This document shows positions 44,754-59,049 of a DNA stretch of 64,000 nt, piece by piece. The notes below the pieces were generated by a model that searched no databases, was not told where the DNA came from, and worked only from the letters and a program-made list of their open reading frames with translations. Source of the stretch: the human T2T-CHM13v2.0 reference genome, Homo sapiens. The stretch lies in assembly GCF_009914755.1 (NCBI RefSeq), contig NC_060930.1, one strand, 5' to 3'. A program made the position numbers and the translations under genes. Position 1 is the stretch's first letter. Every line of letters starts with the position of its first letter.

Positions 44754-45032
44754 TACTGATGCAATGCGCTGAAAACACTGCAGTAGGTGTCCAAGTGAGA
44801 GACATTCATTTATTCATCGAACAAGCCTTTGTTGTTGATATCATGTTAAGGACTCCTATTTGAGCTTGTATCTGGAGAATAATGACAGCAGAGCAGTCCT
44901 TAAAGCAACGGGCACTCTAACAAGTCACTTTCCCAGGAGTTTACATAGGAGAAATAAGACCTAAAAGAATTTCATGTTTAACCTTAAAAGAAAAAAAAAG
45001 AAAATATATATATACAAAAAGCAAAAAGTAGG

Positions 45033-45373
45033 TATCTCATTCATATGGGTGACCATAATAAAAACAACATATACTGGATAATTTACAAACAACAGAAATT
45101 TATTGCTTACAGTTCTGGAGGCTGGAAGATTCCAGATCAAAGTACCAGCAGATTTGGTGTCTGGCTTGCTCTCTGCTTCATAGATGGCACCTTCTCGATG
45201 CATCCTCACATAGAGGAAGGGACAAACAAGTTCCTCAGTCCTCTTTTATAAGGCCAGTAATCCCATTTCTGAGGGCTCTACCTTCATGATGTACTCACCA
45301 CCCAATACCACTGCATTGGAGATTAGGTTTCAATAAATGAATTTTGGAGGACACAAACATTCAGACCATAGCA
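45033..45373 (-). mobile_element. MLT1A/MST-type MaLR LTR
   Basis: Ends acattcagaccatagca; perfect 5-bp TSD gtagg. Confidence 0.85.
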
Positions 45374-45711
45374 GTAGGATAAAAAGACTATCACATCTTG
45401 GAGCTTTCTTGGACATTATATAGATTAAACACTTGCTATAATGCAACGGAATGCACAGGCTCTTGAGTCAAATTGCCTGGGTTCAAATTCCAGCTTTGTG
45501 ATCTTCCAACTGTGTGACCCTAGTCAAGTTACAGCTATAAAATGATAATAATAATGACACCTACCTCATGGGGTTGTTGTGAATGTCAAAGAAGTTGATT
45601 GTGTAAAGTGTTTAGAATAGTGCCTGGCATGCAATGCGCAACTATTAGCCTTTATTACCAACTATTATCATTCTTGAAATCATCGTCCTCTACTCCTTCT
45701 TCTTCTTCTTC

Positions 45712-46017
45712 CTTTTTTTTTTTTTTTTTTTTTTTTTGAGACAGAGTCTCACTCTGTTGCCCATGCTGGAGTGCTATGGAGTGATCTTGACTCACTGAAA
45801 CCTCCGCCTCCCAGGTTCAAGTGATTCTCCTGCCTCAGCCTCGCAAGTAGCTGGGATTACAAATGTGCACCACCATGCCCGGCTAATTTTGTATTTTTAG
45901 TGGAGATGGTGTTTCACCGTGTTCGCCAGCAGGTCTCAAACTCCCGATCTCAGGTTATCCTCCTGCCTTGGCCTCCCAAAGTGCTGGGATTACAGGCATG
46001 AGCCACCGTGCCCAGAC
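45712..46017 (-). mobile_element. AluS
   Basis: Antisense Alu with a long T-tract. Confidence 0.95.
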
Positions 46018-48416
46018 CCCTACTTCTACACTACTGTACACTCTTAGTTCTCTATCTCTGTTGCATTTCATTTATTCTCTAATCCATTTTTGGCTGCTTT
46101 TCCCTTTTCTACTCCTGTGTAACTTAGGATCCTGACCTCAAATTACTTCTCTTTCCACACCCTTGCTGGGAAATGTCATCCTCACACACAGCATCAACCA
46201 CTGCCTCTCTTCCAAAATCCCATTTGCCTGTTTAGACTCCTCTCTTATGAGCTCCAAAAAGGTGCTAGAATCAGCCAGAATTACAAGCAAGAGTAATAGA
46301 AACAGAATAGAATTGTAATAGCAGTAGTAATAGAATCTTAAGCAATAGTAACACAATAGATCCAAAACTGAGGTCATCATCTTGCATACTGTTTCCTACT
46401 CATTGTTTCCCACTCGTTGTTTCCCTTTCTCAGCAAATAGTGCTGCTATCTCCCTAGTTGTGAGACCCAGATTTCTACCCCTGGAGGCATCCAAACTTGT
46501 TCCTCTTAGTCACACTCAACATTTAGTCACCCCCATTTTATCTCTTCAAATCTTGTCAGTCATTGTCTGTCCCACTGCCTCCATCTTCTATTGCTCCAGC
46601 AATGCCCCAGAAGAGTTGACATAGCATGAGGAAAAGACATGGGCTTCGAATCCCAGGGACATCATTTTTTGGTTATATGGCCTCACTAAGCCTCAGAACC
46701 CTCTCTGAAAAACAGACAACCTTCAGCACCACGCAGGGGCCTTAGGAACACCCTACTCAAGATTTACAGGACCCTCTATCAGAGTGTTGACATTATCTGA
46801 CTGTGCCACTGGTGCTGTGAGCTTCTTGAGGGTAGAGATTTGCCTGAATGGCTCTATATGCCCAATAAAGTATGGTGCCTAGAGGAGAGAATTCCAAATA
46901 TATTTATGGAATGACTGTGATAGGTGGGCCTCAAGCTTTTCTGGCACCCACTGTTGGAATCACCACTTACTGCTCCCTTACTGACTGCATCCCTGAGCTC
47001 AAGTATATGGGTGTCCACTAACATGCCCTCATTTGACTACCAGGAATGACTTAACTGGTCATCTGCTGACTATTTTAAGTGCAGCTGAACTTTACCAACC
47101 ACAACCATATATGCACTCAATAGAAGACATTTTCCTCTTTTTTAAATTGACTAATCAAATTCCTGATAAAAATCACTTTAAGTTGATAAGAATGATACTT
47201 TTTGGAAAAAAAAAATTCTTCAAGGTAGAGAATTGGGGGGTAAGTAGTATTCATTACATTTTGTTTTTCTTTTAAAAAATAATACCTCATGCAGTGTTTT
47301 TCACTTCAAGCCTGACAGCTGTGATAATGATTTGAATCAAGTTTGAAAGAGAAATAATTATTTTAGCTTGTATAAGTCCTTAAAGTATAATTGGGTTTCA
47401 TGCTGGGAAAAAATTATAAGCTGTTATCAGACCTCTCAGGTCTCAACTACAAACATAACTTACGAGACCTTTGCAGCACTGCAAAGCAGCTGCCATTCAG
47501 GTCTCCATTATCACGGAATAAATAGAAATATTCTGGCTATTGGTAAATATCACACTTATAATATATTGTTTCCATAATCCACAGCCCTGCCAAGAAATCC
47601 CAATCCCTTGACACATCTCAGTATTCCGAGATATTCTATGAATTTGGCTGATGAATCGGTTTATACCAAAGAAAATGCTATTGTTAAATTCATATTGTTT
47701 TTATATTTGTAATCTCAGAAGAATTGACATTTGACATCTTATAGAAAATAGTAAAGATAGTTTATACAAAGAACAAGTTTCCATTTGTCCTAGATTTGGT
47801 GACAGTGGAGAGTTCTGACAAAATTTCATCTTCCATCTACTTTGAATTCCCTCCCATAATCACCAAGATGTGGCAAATGACATTATCAGTCACGTGGTAA
47901 ATATTTTTAGAATGGACAACCTATTAGTGCTCACATTAATCTGGGTAATTAGAGCCAATATGAGGTATAGTAGGCCAGAATTAGAAAAAAACTAAAATAG
48001 AAATAATTTTTAAAACTCCTTATCCTAAGAGAGCAAATAAAGTGGTATTTGACTGTGAAGCTTGAGAAACTCTTCTAAGATTTTTAAAAATAAGTTTACT
48101 GTTTTCCTAGGCAAGATATTTATTATCATTTCTCTTTATTTTGATAGTCCTTTATTTCTAAACTTGAAGCTTTATTCTTTATTGTTTTAAAAATTGATAA
48201 GATAGTGGGATATCTGATCAAATTAAATGTGGCAAGCCAACAAAAATAATAATACAACTGATTCATGAGGTAACATTTAGATTCTGTAACCATATTAACC
48301 AAGAAAATATATGAGAAGGTTCTCTCTTTATAACTTTGTTAAAAGACTCTTAAGCACAAGTTTTATCTTTTCATCCTCCCTCTGTCTCCCAATGTGTAAT
48401 GCAAAGCCTTATACAC

Positions 48417-48497
48417 AGGGAGAATCCGCTAATTAATTATCTAAGGGAGAATCCACTAATTAATTATCTAAGGGAGAATCCACTAATTAGTTAGCAA
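48417..48497. repeat. 27-bp minisatellite, 3 units
   Basis: agggagaatcc(g/a)ctaattaattatcta x2 plus agggagaatccactaattagttagcaa. Confidence 0.95.
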
Positions 48498-49749
48498 GGA
48501 TGACCCTTGTCATCATGGTTAGCCAAACACTTTTTTAAATCTTAATAAATATTGTTTTTTGTCTTATCTCTGAATCATCTAAACTCATTTGAAAATTTTT
48601 AGTAAATGAAAATAAGCACAAGGAAAAAATACAAAACACGCATAATCTCATTTCTCTAGAAAATTTACTGTTGACGTTTAGAGATGGTCCTTATTTCTCT
48701 CTAAAAAATTAAAAATAAAATATACTATACTTATGTTTCTATAACCACCTAAAATATTTCATGTTGATACCTTGCTTAGTGAAATCATTATGGAGAAGAC
48801 AGCTGCAACAACAACAAAAAAAAAACAGCTATTGCTACTCCGTCGTGCCACATATGGGGCACCTACACAAGTACATAATACAAATGAAGAAGGAATACAT
48901 GAATGAATGAAAGTTGGATGGTTGCTTTAATGAAGCAGTTTTGGCAACAATGATGATAACAGTAGTCATTTACTGGCATACTGGCATTTTTTTTTTTTTT
49001 AGCTCATTACTAAGCATCACAGTAACCCAAGAAGGTAGGTTTTATCACATATCTCCGTCATTTTAATGGTCTCTGGGAAATTAAAGAACCTGCCAACTTT
49101 TGGAGCCAGAATTCAAACCCAGATCTAACTGAATCCAAAAGCCTATAGCTGTTTCCACCATAACACTGCCTTTCAAATATTGCTGATATGTTGAAATGGA
49201 GCTTTGTTTAAAGGACATGCCCCCACCTGCAGTAAAGGGAATCACATAAAGACAAGACAGCTTCAGAGGTCTGTGCTGGACGTCCAGTCACTGAGTGCCC
49301 TGGTGTTACAGTACAGCTGCTACCATCCATTTGTGTGGTGGCTGTTTCATATTGGTACCGTCAGGGCCATTGAAATCACAGACACATTCACTCAGAAGAA
49401 AATAAGAATGGATTTTCTTTTTCTTTTTGAGAAAGCTTTTTACACTAATCCACTTAATCCCATGGTTGATTTGCCACTGAAATCTGAAGCAGAGCATCTT
49501 TTATAGGGAATTTCCTAACTTTGAAAAAAAATTTAAATTAGCCAATAAGATCTCATCTCTTCCTTAACTTTCAAAAAAGAAAAAAGTGTGTGTGAGTTGA
49601 AGGGGGAGGGGTGAAAGCAGGAGCAGATGGATCCTTTCAGCAAAATGAATATTATTTTACCTCTGAGGAAAAACTACATGTTCTACAAAAACAAAGAAAA
49701 ATATGAAAATTTGATTACTTATAATAACTAATTTATTTTTTAGTAGGAT

Positions 49750-50000
49750 TTTAGACACATGTCATTATACATTTATTCAAACCCATAGAATGTACAACAG
49801 CAAGTAGGAACCCTACTCTGTGGACTTTGGATAATAATGATGTGACAATGTAGGTTCATAGATTGTAACAAATACAGCACTGCTCTGAGCAGGATGTTGA
49901 TAACCAGGAGGCTGTGCATGTGTGGGGACAGGGGTGTGTAGGAACTCTGGATTTTCTGCTCAATTTTGCATGAATCTTAAACTACCCTAATGAAAAAAAA
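49750..50000 (+). mobile_element. L1MC-type 3' end
   Basis: cattatacattt...aaacccatagaatgtacaac...ggactttgg. Confidence 0.7.
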
Positions 50001-50101
50001 AGGAGAATTGGCATGACGTAGATAAGTATACTTTCTTAATTTGATAAAGAAGTAAAAGATGTTTTTCTTATTCCAGTGGAATAAACAAAAATAGACATAT
50101 A

Positions 50102-51392
50102 CAGTAATGTACTACTTAATAAATATTTTCTGAAAAATGCATCATTAGATTTTAATCTAATGATCATAAACTTTAGATCATTAAATTTGCATTTAAAACA
50201 TTAAAATTTTTTCATTGTGTGAACATCATAAAGGGTACACAAACATAGCTGGTATAACCAACTACACACCTAGGCTCTATGGTCACTCTCTTGCTCCTAG
50301 GTTACAAACCTCTATAGCATGTTACTGTACTCAATACTGTAGACAATTATAACACAATGGTAAGTACTTATGTGTCAAAATATGTCTAGACATAGAAGAG
50401 TACAGCAAAATATGACATAAAAGATTAAAAATGCTACACCTGTCTAGAGCACTTACCATGAATCCAGCTTGCAGTACTGGAAGTTGCTCTGGGCGAGTCA
50501 ATGAGTGAATGGCAAGTGAATGTGAAGGCCTCTTGGACATTACTGTACACAACTGCAGTCTTTATAAACACTGTACACTTAGGCTACATTAAATTTATTT
50601 TTTTAGTATTTTTTCTTTTTCAATAGTAAATTAATGTCATCTATCTTACTGTAACATTACTTTGCAAATATTTTAATATTTTAACTTTTTGACTTTTTTG
50701 AATAACACTTAGCTTAAAACACAAACACATTGTACAGCTGTACAAAAATATTTTCTTTCTTTATATACTTATCCTATAAGCTCTTTTCTATTTTTAGATT
50801 TATTTACTGATTTATTTACTTTTACTTTTTAAACTTTTTTTCTTAAAAACTAAGGCACAAACACACATACTAGCTTAGGTCTATATAGGGTGAAGATCAT
50901 CGATAATTGATATCACTGTCTTCCACCTTCACATCTTGTCCCATTGGAAGGTCTTCAGGGGTAATAACATGCATAAGGCTGTCATCTTCCATGAAAACAA
51001 TGCTTTCTTCTGGAATACCCTCTTTTGAAGGGCCTGCCTGAGGCTGTTTCATAGTGAATTTTTTTTTAAATAAATAGAAGGAGTACACTCTAAAATACTG
51101 ATAAAACATATTGCAGAGTAAACACATAAAAAAGTAACATAGTTGTTTATTATCATTATCAAGTATTATGTACTGAACATATGTGCTATAATTTTGTACA
51201 GCTGGCAATGCAGTAGGTTTGCTTACAGCAGCATCACCACAAACATGTGAGTAATGTGTTCTGCTAAGATGTTACAATGGCCATGATGTCACTAGGTGAT
51301 TGGAATCATTCATCTCCATTATAATCTTATAGGACCACCATCCTATATGCAGTCCATTGATGACCAAAATGTCATTATGGAGTGCATGACTG
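50102..51392 (+). mobile_element. Tigger3-type (Golem) non-autonomous DNA transposon
   Basis: TA|cagt...gcatgactg termini, about 1.3 kb, with characteristic ctacacacctaggct and agcttaaaacacaaacacattgtacagctgtac. Confidence 0.85.
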
Positions 51393-51519
51393 CATATACA
51401 AAAATCTATGGCCTTGAAATTTACATTATTTATATGAGAAACAATCTCATTGCCATAGATTTCTGCCTTAGGCCCTCTCCAGTCCTGAATAACATCACAA
51501 CCTCCCATGACTGGGCTCA

Positions 51520-51680
51520 GCCCAGTGCAGCATCAGCATCTCCTGGGAACTTGGTAGAAATGCAAATTCTCAAGCACTATCCGGTCCCACAAGAAACTCT
51601 GAGACTAGGGCCTGGCAATCTGTGTGTTAATAAGCGTTCTGGGTAATTCTAATGCATGCCAAAATCTGAGGACCACTGTT
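51520..51680. mobile_element. MER5A
   Basis: gcagcatcagcatc...gggaacttggtagaaatgcaaattctc...gaccactg. Confidence 0.8.
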
Positions 51681-53732
51681 TAAAAGTGCAACACCACTGC
51701 ATTCTCTTGCTAAATCATTCTTACCCTTAGAGTTGAGAGGGACTGTAGAAAGCCAGCTCTCTCATTTCACAAGCATGGAACCAAATTTCACGAATCTCAG
51801 AGTTCAATCATCTGTAGAAATGGAAAAACATTACCTACTTCACAAGACTGCTATGACATTAACTAGTGAGTTCATATAAAGTACTGAGAGCCTGGCATAT
51901 AGACGCCCAAGAAGTACTAGCTATTATCATTATCATTGTCACCAAGGTATTTATGGCTACCATTATAATAACCTAGCTTTTTGAAATGGTTCAAGAATAT
52001 AATTCATAAACTACTTTGGGACAACTTAACTTTGATTTTATTAACTGCTCTTAAAGTCTTTCTTGTGGGAAAGTATTTGTACTTGTCGCATTGATATTTA
52101 CCACACACAGGTTCTCACTGACTAGCACAACAGGGCCACTAATAATGACATCTTCTCAGCAGGTGTGGAGCATGAGACTGATACTGATGCATCAGCCTCC
52201 CTGGACGAGATGCTGAGAGCAGGTGAAGAATGGCAGACCTCGTAAACAGGCACTGAATTATTGGGGAATGGAGAAGTGGATGACAAACAAGCTGAGGAAA
52301 ATGTTGTAAAGACACTGAAGAAATAAACTGTGTAGAAAAACAAATTTAAGTGTATGGGCTAGCTGTGGACACCCAAACAGAATGCTTTCTACAGCTGAAG
52401 GAATAATGAAGAAACGAAGGAATGCCAATCGGGGATGAAAGAATGCATGGCAGAGATTGAAGATGGTCCCTTAACTTCAGTACCTTTAAAAAGTGGGGAC
52501 ATTTAGTAATTTGTTTTAGTCAATGCCAAAACAGCCTTATCAAAATGGTCTCATCAAAATGGCCATGACAAAACAGTATGGACCCAAGTAGGACAGAGTA
52601 AGGAAAAGCTTAACCTAGAACAACCACAATGTCCAGTGCAGTTGCCTGGACTCAAGGTCTAGATCAGATTGATATAAGCCATTTCTGTGCTCAATGCTCT
52701 TCCCAAGGTTTCCCTGCCTTTCTGGTAGACCTATGCTCTCATGGTCTTTATCGAAATTAATGTAGTTTATGGAATAATAATAATGGCTAACACTTGTGTG
52801 TATTTTGCTCTGAACCCGGCACTGTCCTCAGAGCTTTAAAGATAATAACTGACTTAATATTGATAATAGCCTTATAAGAGATAGATATTACTATTAGAGG
52901 AAACTGAAGCACAAAGAAGAAAATAACTCCCAAGATAACAGAGCTGATAAGGGTTAGAACTGAGATTCAAGTGCAGGCAGTTTGGCCTCAGACCCCAAGT
53001 TCTTGTTCACTGAGCTTTGCTGAGTGAATGTTGTTCCATCATATATGTGCTATTTCTATTCTGCACTTTATGAACCCCAAGGTGAAGTAAGTGAAATAGC
53101 CCATTCCTTTGATTTATTTTTTTAAAAGAAAAAAAAATTATCACACAAGGTATTTTGTGTGTAGTAAACTCTATTAAAGATTTGAGATGATGGATAGAGC
53201 AAGTCTGCCTTATGGCAATTAAAACAACTCAAAATTATGTGCCTAAATACTTTCCTTTTTTTCTGTCTTCACCTTCCAGATTGAACCTGGGGCCTATTTT
53301 TTCACACCCTAATAGTCCATTTAACTTTGTTCATAAAGAAAGAAAAAACCAGTTTGTTCCCTAGAATAATTCTGGCACTAACCACCACAAAGGCCATTGT
53401 ATTTAACCTTGTCACCCAGGCATTCAGAAATTGGAGAAAGCCAATTATAAGAAAAAATTCGCTAAAGGGCTAAGAAGCTTGAATTATACTTACAATAGGC
53501 TCTAACACATACCTGGCTGTATCTTAATGCAGTATGAAAAAGACTGTTGTTTTTCGCAATTTCTTTTTTATTTTTGATTATGCACACGTCAAGGAACAAC
53601 AGTGTTAGCAGTAGCAGCACTCAGATACAAGGGCTTGAGTAGACACCAGAATGTCTCTTAGAGCATCCTTGGTACAGGCAGATAGCATCTTGCTAAAGTA
53701 TGTTTTGTAAAAGAAATTTGAGCACCCCAGTC

Positions 53733-53910
53733 TGGGACAGCTTCATAATCACGTGATCTATGCAATTGCACAGGGTCCTGGCCTCAGAGGGGCCCCACCG
53801 TTGGCTTTATGCTCTGCTGTCCTTGTCTTGGAATTCTCAATAATCTTTGAATAAGAAGACTTGTATTTTCATCTTGCATTGAGCCCCAAAAATTATGTGG
53901 TCTGTGCTGG
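53733..53910. mobile_element. MER91-like hAT-Tip100 MITE
   Basis: gggccccac...ttgg...atgctctgctgt...aattctcaataat...ttgcattgagcccc. Confidence 0.7.
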
Positions 53911-56125
53911 CCCCAGTGTCTGCCTTGTATCTCTTGTCTGCTAGCCAGCATAATACCTTCTAAATGGACAAGAAGGTGAGCCAAAACTGTCAGAAGATGT
54001 TAAGCCAAACAGCATCTCAACTTGATCACAGACTAACTAGAATTTGACTTTGAACAGCACCAGGTACCTTGGTGATATATCCTCCAAGTATGGCCTGCAT
54101 ATTGCATGCCCATCTGCAAATTGTTACACATTTTCAGGGAGATAAATACAGAAACTTAGAGTGAGTGTTTAGAAACATTTTAACAAGAGATATCATCACA
54201 ACATCAAAACACATGATCATCTTTCTAGTCATTCATTTTTGTTGAATTGTATAAAAATGTGAGTCCATGACAGATGGAGAGAGGGTGGTCATACTGAGGT
54301 CCTTGCCACAGATCTTTTGAAAAGCACTGCCCAATTCTCAACTAAAAGTAAGAAACAGGTCGAGTACAAGATACCTGAAGACAGAGACTCTAAATGAAAT
54401 ATCAGAGAAAGATGTTGCACTCAGGAGTATGGGGCTCTGAGTCATGAGACATCCTATAGAGATTTTAAAAATAAACAAAACATCTAAAACATTTTAGAAA
54501 CTCTCTCTTGCCTAACAGTTACCACAGAAAACATAATTTCTTGGAAAATCTTCTTGATGATCTTAAATTAAAATTACACTCTTTGAATTCAATCGTAGGT
54601 CAACAGTAGTTTTGTATTTCTTGCCATTTTCTGTGCAGAATTACGCATTAGCAAATGGTATGCCATTCCAGACCTGGCTTTTCCACACTTCCTAGGAGCC
54701 TAACTATACTCAGAGATTGTTTACTACCATGATGGGCTGGTCTTGGTTAAAGAGTGCACACTTTATCTTCTCTGGAACTTAATCAATTTTATAGATTACA
54801 TTTGCTTTCCCTCTCAGTGGAATATGGCTCTTAGTTTACATTTAACATAAGTTAAGTATATTGGGATCTAGATGTTTGCCTACATTCAAACTGGGATGTC
54901 AATACTGTTTACCTTCTCTTCCTCTTCTGGGCTTTTTAAGTCATTTTTAAGTCTATGTAGAAGGATTTTTTTGTTTTGTTTTTTTCTACCCGTAGATACG
55001 AAGAGGCAGGGTAATAACTAGGGCTTATCAAATTGTTGCTATTGAATTACAATAGCAAAACTAGCAAAATACTATCTACTTATGCCAAGGATCACTCCAT
55101 GAAACAATCCCACAAAACCTATTCTTGCAGATACTAGGAGGTAGTTGTTGGGTTTGTTCATATCATTACACCCTCGGGAGAAATTCCTATCTGTCCTTAT
55201 TACAAGCAATAGTTAAGTTTTCCCTACCCAATTAGTCTCTTTCTATGTCATAGATGCCGTAAGTTGTGGAAGTGATCAAGTGGCTTTCTCTTTCTTTTTG
55301 GCTGGTAAGAAACCAATTAGTACAAATCTATAGTCCCTTTGCACAAACACCATAGGCTTTTATTGAACGTTTTTACATTCATTGCGTTCTTAACGCCATG
55401 TCATACTCCTCTCCAGCTTGTCTTCTCTTTCTTTGCCTACTTATAATTTACATTATATCTTATTGTAAAATATCTCAGTTGGCATTGAAAGAGACTGTCA
55501 GGTAAAGAGAGAAAGGAGAAAGCAGAAATGTGACACCGATCAGGGGTAAAGGGAGAATAGGAAAGAAGGAAGGAAAGGAGGGAGGGAGAAAATAAGAAAG
55601 GGAAAGAGTAAGACAAGGAAGGGAAAAGGCCCTAAGCTTGTGATAAGAAGCTAAAAGGAAAGTCTCCAGAATTCAAATAGTGAGGTGTCCATAGAAAAGA
55701 AAGTATAAATTATTATAGGCTGGATTTAATATAAAAATCATTTCAAAGCTAAAATCTGAGACCTGCTCTCCAACTGCACTGTTCACTGTCTATTGCTATT
55801 AAACTATATCCAAGTATAAATGTGACAAGAGATGGAGTGAAGTTTTCCCTGTTTTCTCAAAAGCTTGGCTAAAGCCTCAAATCTAAGGACTAAATTTGAC
55901 TATTATTCCCCTCTCCTTTCAAAAAAATGTTCTTGCTACATCCCTACAGGACTTACTAAGAGGTTGTCAAACTGGATCTTTGACTACCAAGTCCATCAGC
56001 CAACACCAATCTGGAGCAGCTGAAAATGCAATGGAGGAGAGTTTTCTTGAAAGACGCTAGGAAGAGTAGAGGGCACATTAGTGTTTTCTCTCACTTTTTC
56101 CATGTGGTGCTTCTCTTACACGCAC

Positions 56126-56505
56126 TGATATGGTTTCAATCTGTGCCCCCTCCAAATCTCATGTCATAATTCCCAGTGTTGGAGGCCTGGTGGGAGGTGA
56201 TTTGATCATAGTTTAATGCTATTCCTCTTGGTGCTATTGTCGCATTAGTGAGTTCTCCTGACATCTGGGTGTGTGGCACCTTCCCCCGGTCCCTTCCTCC
56301 TGTTCTGGCCATAAGAAGTGCCAGCTTTCCTTCGCCCTCTGCCATGATTGTAAGTTTCCTGAGGCCCACCCCTAGAAACAGAGCAGATGCCACCATCATG
56401 CTTCCTGTACAGCTTGTGGAACCGTGAGCCAATTAAGCCTCTTTTCTTTAAAAGTTACCCAGTCTCAGGTATTTCTTTACAGCACTGCAAGAACAGACTA
56501 ATACA
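56126..56505 (+). mobile_element. MSTA-type MaLR solo LTR
   Basis: tgatatggttt...cagactaataca. Confidence 0.85.
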
Positions 56506-56506
56506 T

Positions 56507-56507
56507 A

Positions 56508-56554
<47 letters not shown>
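56507..56554. repeat. (CA)n microsatellite at the LTR end
   Basis: More than 20 CA units. Confidence 0.95.
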
Positions 56555-56556
<2 letters not shown>

Positions 56557-56701
56557 CAAACCAAGACAAGAAGGCTCAGAGGGAAGCTCTCATAGAGATC
56601 AGGGTTACTTTCTAGAAGAGGAGATTGGTACCTCTGCCCCCAGCTGGATATTGGCTAAGGTTTGAATATTGGGTAACCTGCCCTTTTAAAGAAGTCTTGG
56701 A

Positions 56702-56843
56702 GGCTGGGCATGGTGGCTCATGCCTGTAATCTCAGTACTTGGGAGGTCAAGGTGGGAGGATCACTTGAAGTCAAGAGTTTGAGATGAGCCTGGACAACAC
56801 AGCAAGACTACCATCTCTTAAAAAAAAAAAAGCAAAAAAAAAA
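56702..56843 (+). mobile_element. Alu left monomer (FLAM-like)
   Basis: Single monomer plus A-tail. Confidence 0.85.
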
Positions 56844-57724
56844 AGCCTTGGGAGAGCCTAACATGTTGGCATGTGTCCCCATGGGTTGCAACTATACATG
56901 AAGATAGACACTGATGGCTGCCTTGCCTCAGAGAAGTCTGAGGGTGGGACACTGGCTACAGGCAGCTACAGCAGGGGGTGAGGAAAGAGGGCAGCAGTGG
57001 AGGTGACAAACTCTTCCACAGCTTTCCTTCAGACCAAGCAGAAACTGCAGAAGGTAGCTAGGCTCTAGCCATCTTGAAGGGATCCCATTGGAGACGGTTT
57101 CCCACCAGCTGGAGGAAACCCCAAAGGTAGATCTCTGTTACAGGAAAGGAGGAAGTTTCAGAGAGGTGAACAAGAGGATGCTTTGCCTGTGTGAGGGAGT
57201 TGCAGTGAGGATGCCTTCAGAGAGGCCTCTCCAGAGAACCCACACACGCACCTGGCAACAGCAAGCAGTGAGCATCTGCCACAGAGAGGATGCAGGCAGC
57301 CTGACCAGTCAGTTCACAGCAGGCAGGCAGGACGCCCATGCTCCTTTTCCTCTGTCTGAAGGGCATAAGCCAAGCCTGGTTCAGGCCTCACCTAGGGAGC
57401 AGGGTTGTGCCTTTGAATTCAGTGATGGTTTCATTTTTTAATTTTAATTAAACATTTTCATAGCTGAAAAAAAAAGACTGTTCTAATACTAAAAGTGACC
57501 ACAAAAGCAATGGGATCTTTGGGTCCTGGGAAGGGACATCTAACAGATGGTGGGGAAAATAATGGTTTTTCCTGATTTGTACCCTCTCTGGTCCAGCCAA
57601 TTCAATAAATCTTTTATATAACTTTAAGAATTTTTATTCCAAATGGAAAACAAAACAAAACACCTTTCCTCCTCCAAAAAAAAAAAAAAAAAAAAGCATG
57701 AGATACCTAGTAATATAAAGTACT

Positions 57725-58024
57725 GGCTGGGCACAGTGGCTCAAGCCTATAATCCCAGTGTTTCGGGAGGCTGAGGGAGGAGGACCACTTGAGCCCAGGA
57801 GTTCAAGACCAGCCTGCGCAACATAGAAAGACCCTATCTCTACAAACATGTAAAACAAATTAGCCAGGCATGGTGGTGCACACCTGCAGTCTCAACTAGT
57901 CAGGAGGCTGAGAAAGGTGGATGGCTTGAGCTCAGGAGTTTGAGGCTGCAGTAAGCTATGATTGCACTACTACCCTCCAGCCTGGGCAACAGAGCAAAAC
58001 CTCGTCTCTAAAAAAATAAAAATA
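57725..58024 (+). mobile_element. AluJ
   Basis: Full dimer; TSD ataa(a/g)gtac. Confidence 0.9.
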
Positions 58025-59049
58025 AGGTACCCTCATTTGTTTCAGAACACTTACAAGATGTTTTAATTAAAAATTAAATTGATAATGTCATCTCACACCT
58101 TAATTTTTCCCTTTCTCAGATAATAATTGACCTTCCCTCTTATACCCTCTTTCTTCCTCTTTTCCAGATGCTCTTATTTTTCAACTTCCCTTTTTCTAAT
58201 TTGTTTAATCAGAGTAAAAGAAAAAAGTGGGGTGAGGGGGCAAATAACAGAGACAGGAATATGTAAGCTTCAGAAAAAAATAGTATAATTTCTAAATTCT
58301 TAGAGTGTGGCTGTTATAATAACCCACCTATGGAAACATTTTCATGCAACGATGAACTCGTTTGATTTCTATATCTTGTGCCTTGCTTGAAGGAAGGCAT
58401 TCCCCGAGAACAGAAGAACTATATGCCATCTATCCACAGTGACTTAGAGTACATCACTTTCAAGAATACAGCTTCAAGAAATCAGCTCTCACCAAGCTTC
58501 TTTCTCAATAGAGCCTCATTTTCTTGCTGCAACCAACAGTGCCAAACATTTTGCCAATTTTATACAAAATTCTCCACTAAGAAATCCTAACTCATTTGCA
58601 AATTGCTTTCATAACTATCCGCTAAATTGGACCTTTGAATTTCTCTCCACAAAATCAAGTTTTCATAATGAATATAGCTTATTTTCTTTCCCAATGACTC
58701 CTCCAAAAATCTCTGCATGCAGGCTATTTTAGTTCAGTTGAAACAGGTGGCTGGAGTCAGAAAAACTGTGCCTAAGTCTCCAGTCCATTGAAACACATTT
58801 CCTCCCTGGCAGCAGCTGCCCTTCTGAGCATATTTAAACTGTGAATCCTTCCCACATACGATACAATTAATCAAAGTGACTGCTTTTACATAAATGCATG
58901 TAAAACCTAGAATACACAATTAAAATTAGACAATGATTGGTCAGTAAATCAATTTTGGTAGACTGTAGGTGAGCCTAATTGGGGAAGATCTGTGAACCTA
59001 CAAATTGTTCCAGAAATAGTTTCATACACATTTTCTGACACTTTTCTAG

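Noticed and set aside
48417-48497. Short repeats as a CRISPR-like array
   Set aside because: No spacers, and the context is eukaryotic; this is a simple minisatellite.
55500-55640. Purine-rich GA tract (possible triplex)
   Set aside because: Imperfect low-complexity sequence without a clear mirror repeat; common in mammalian DNA.
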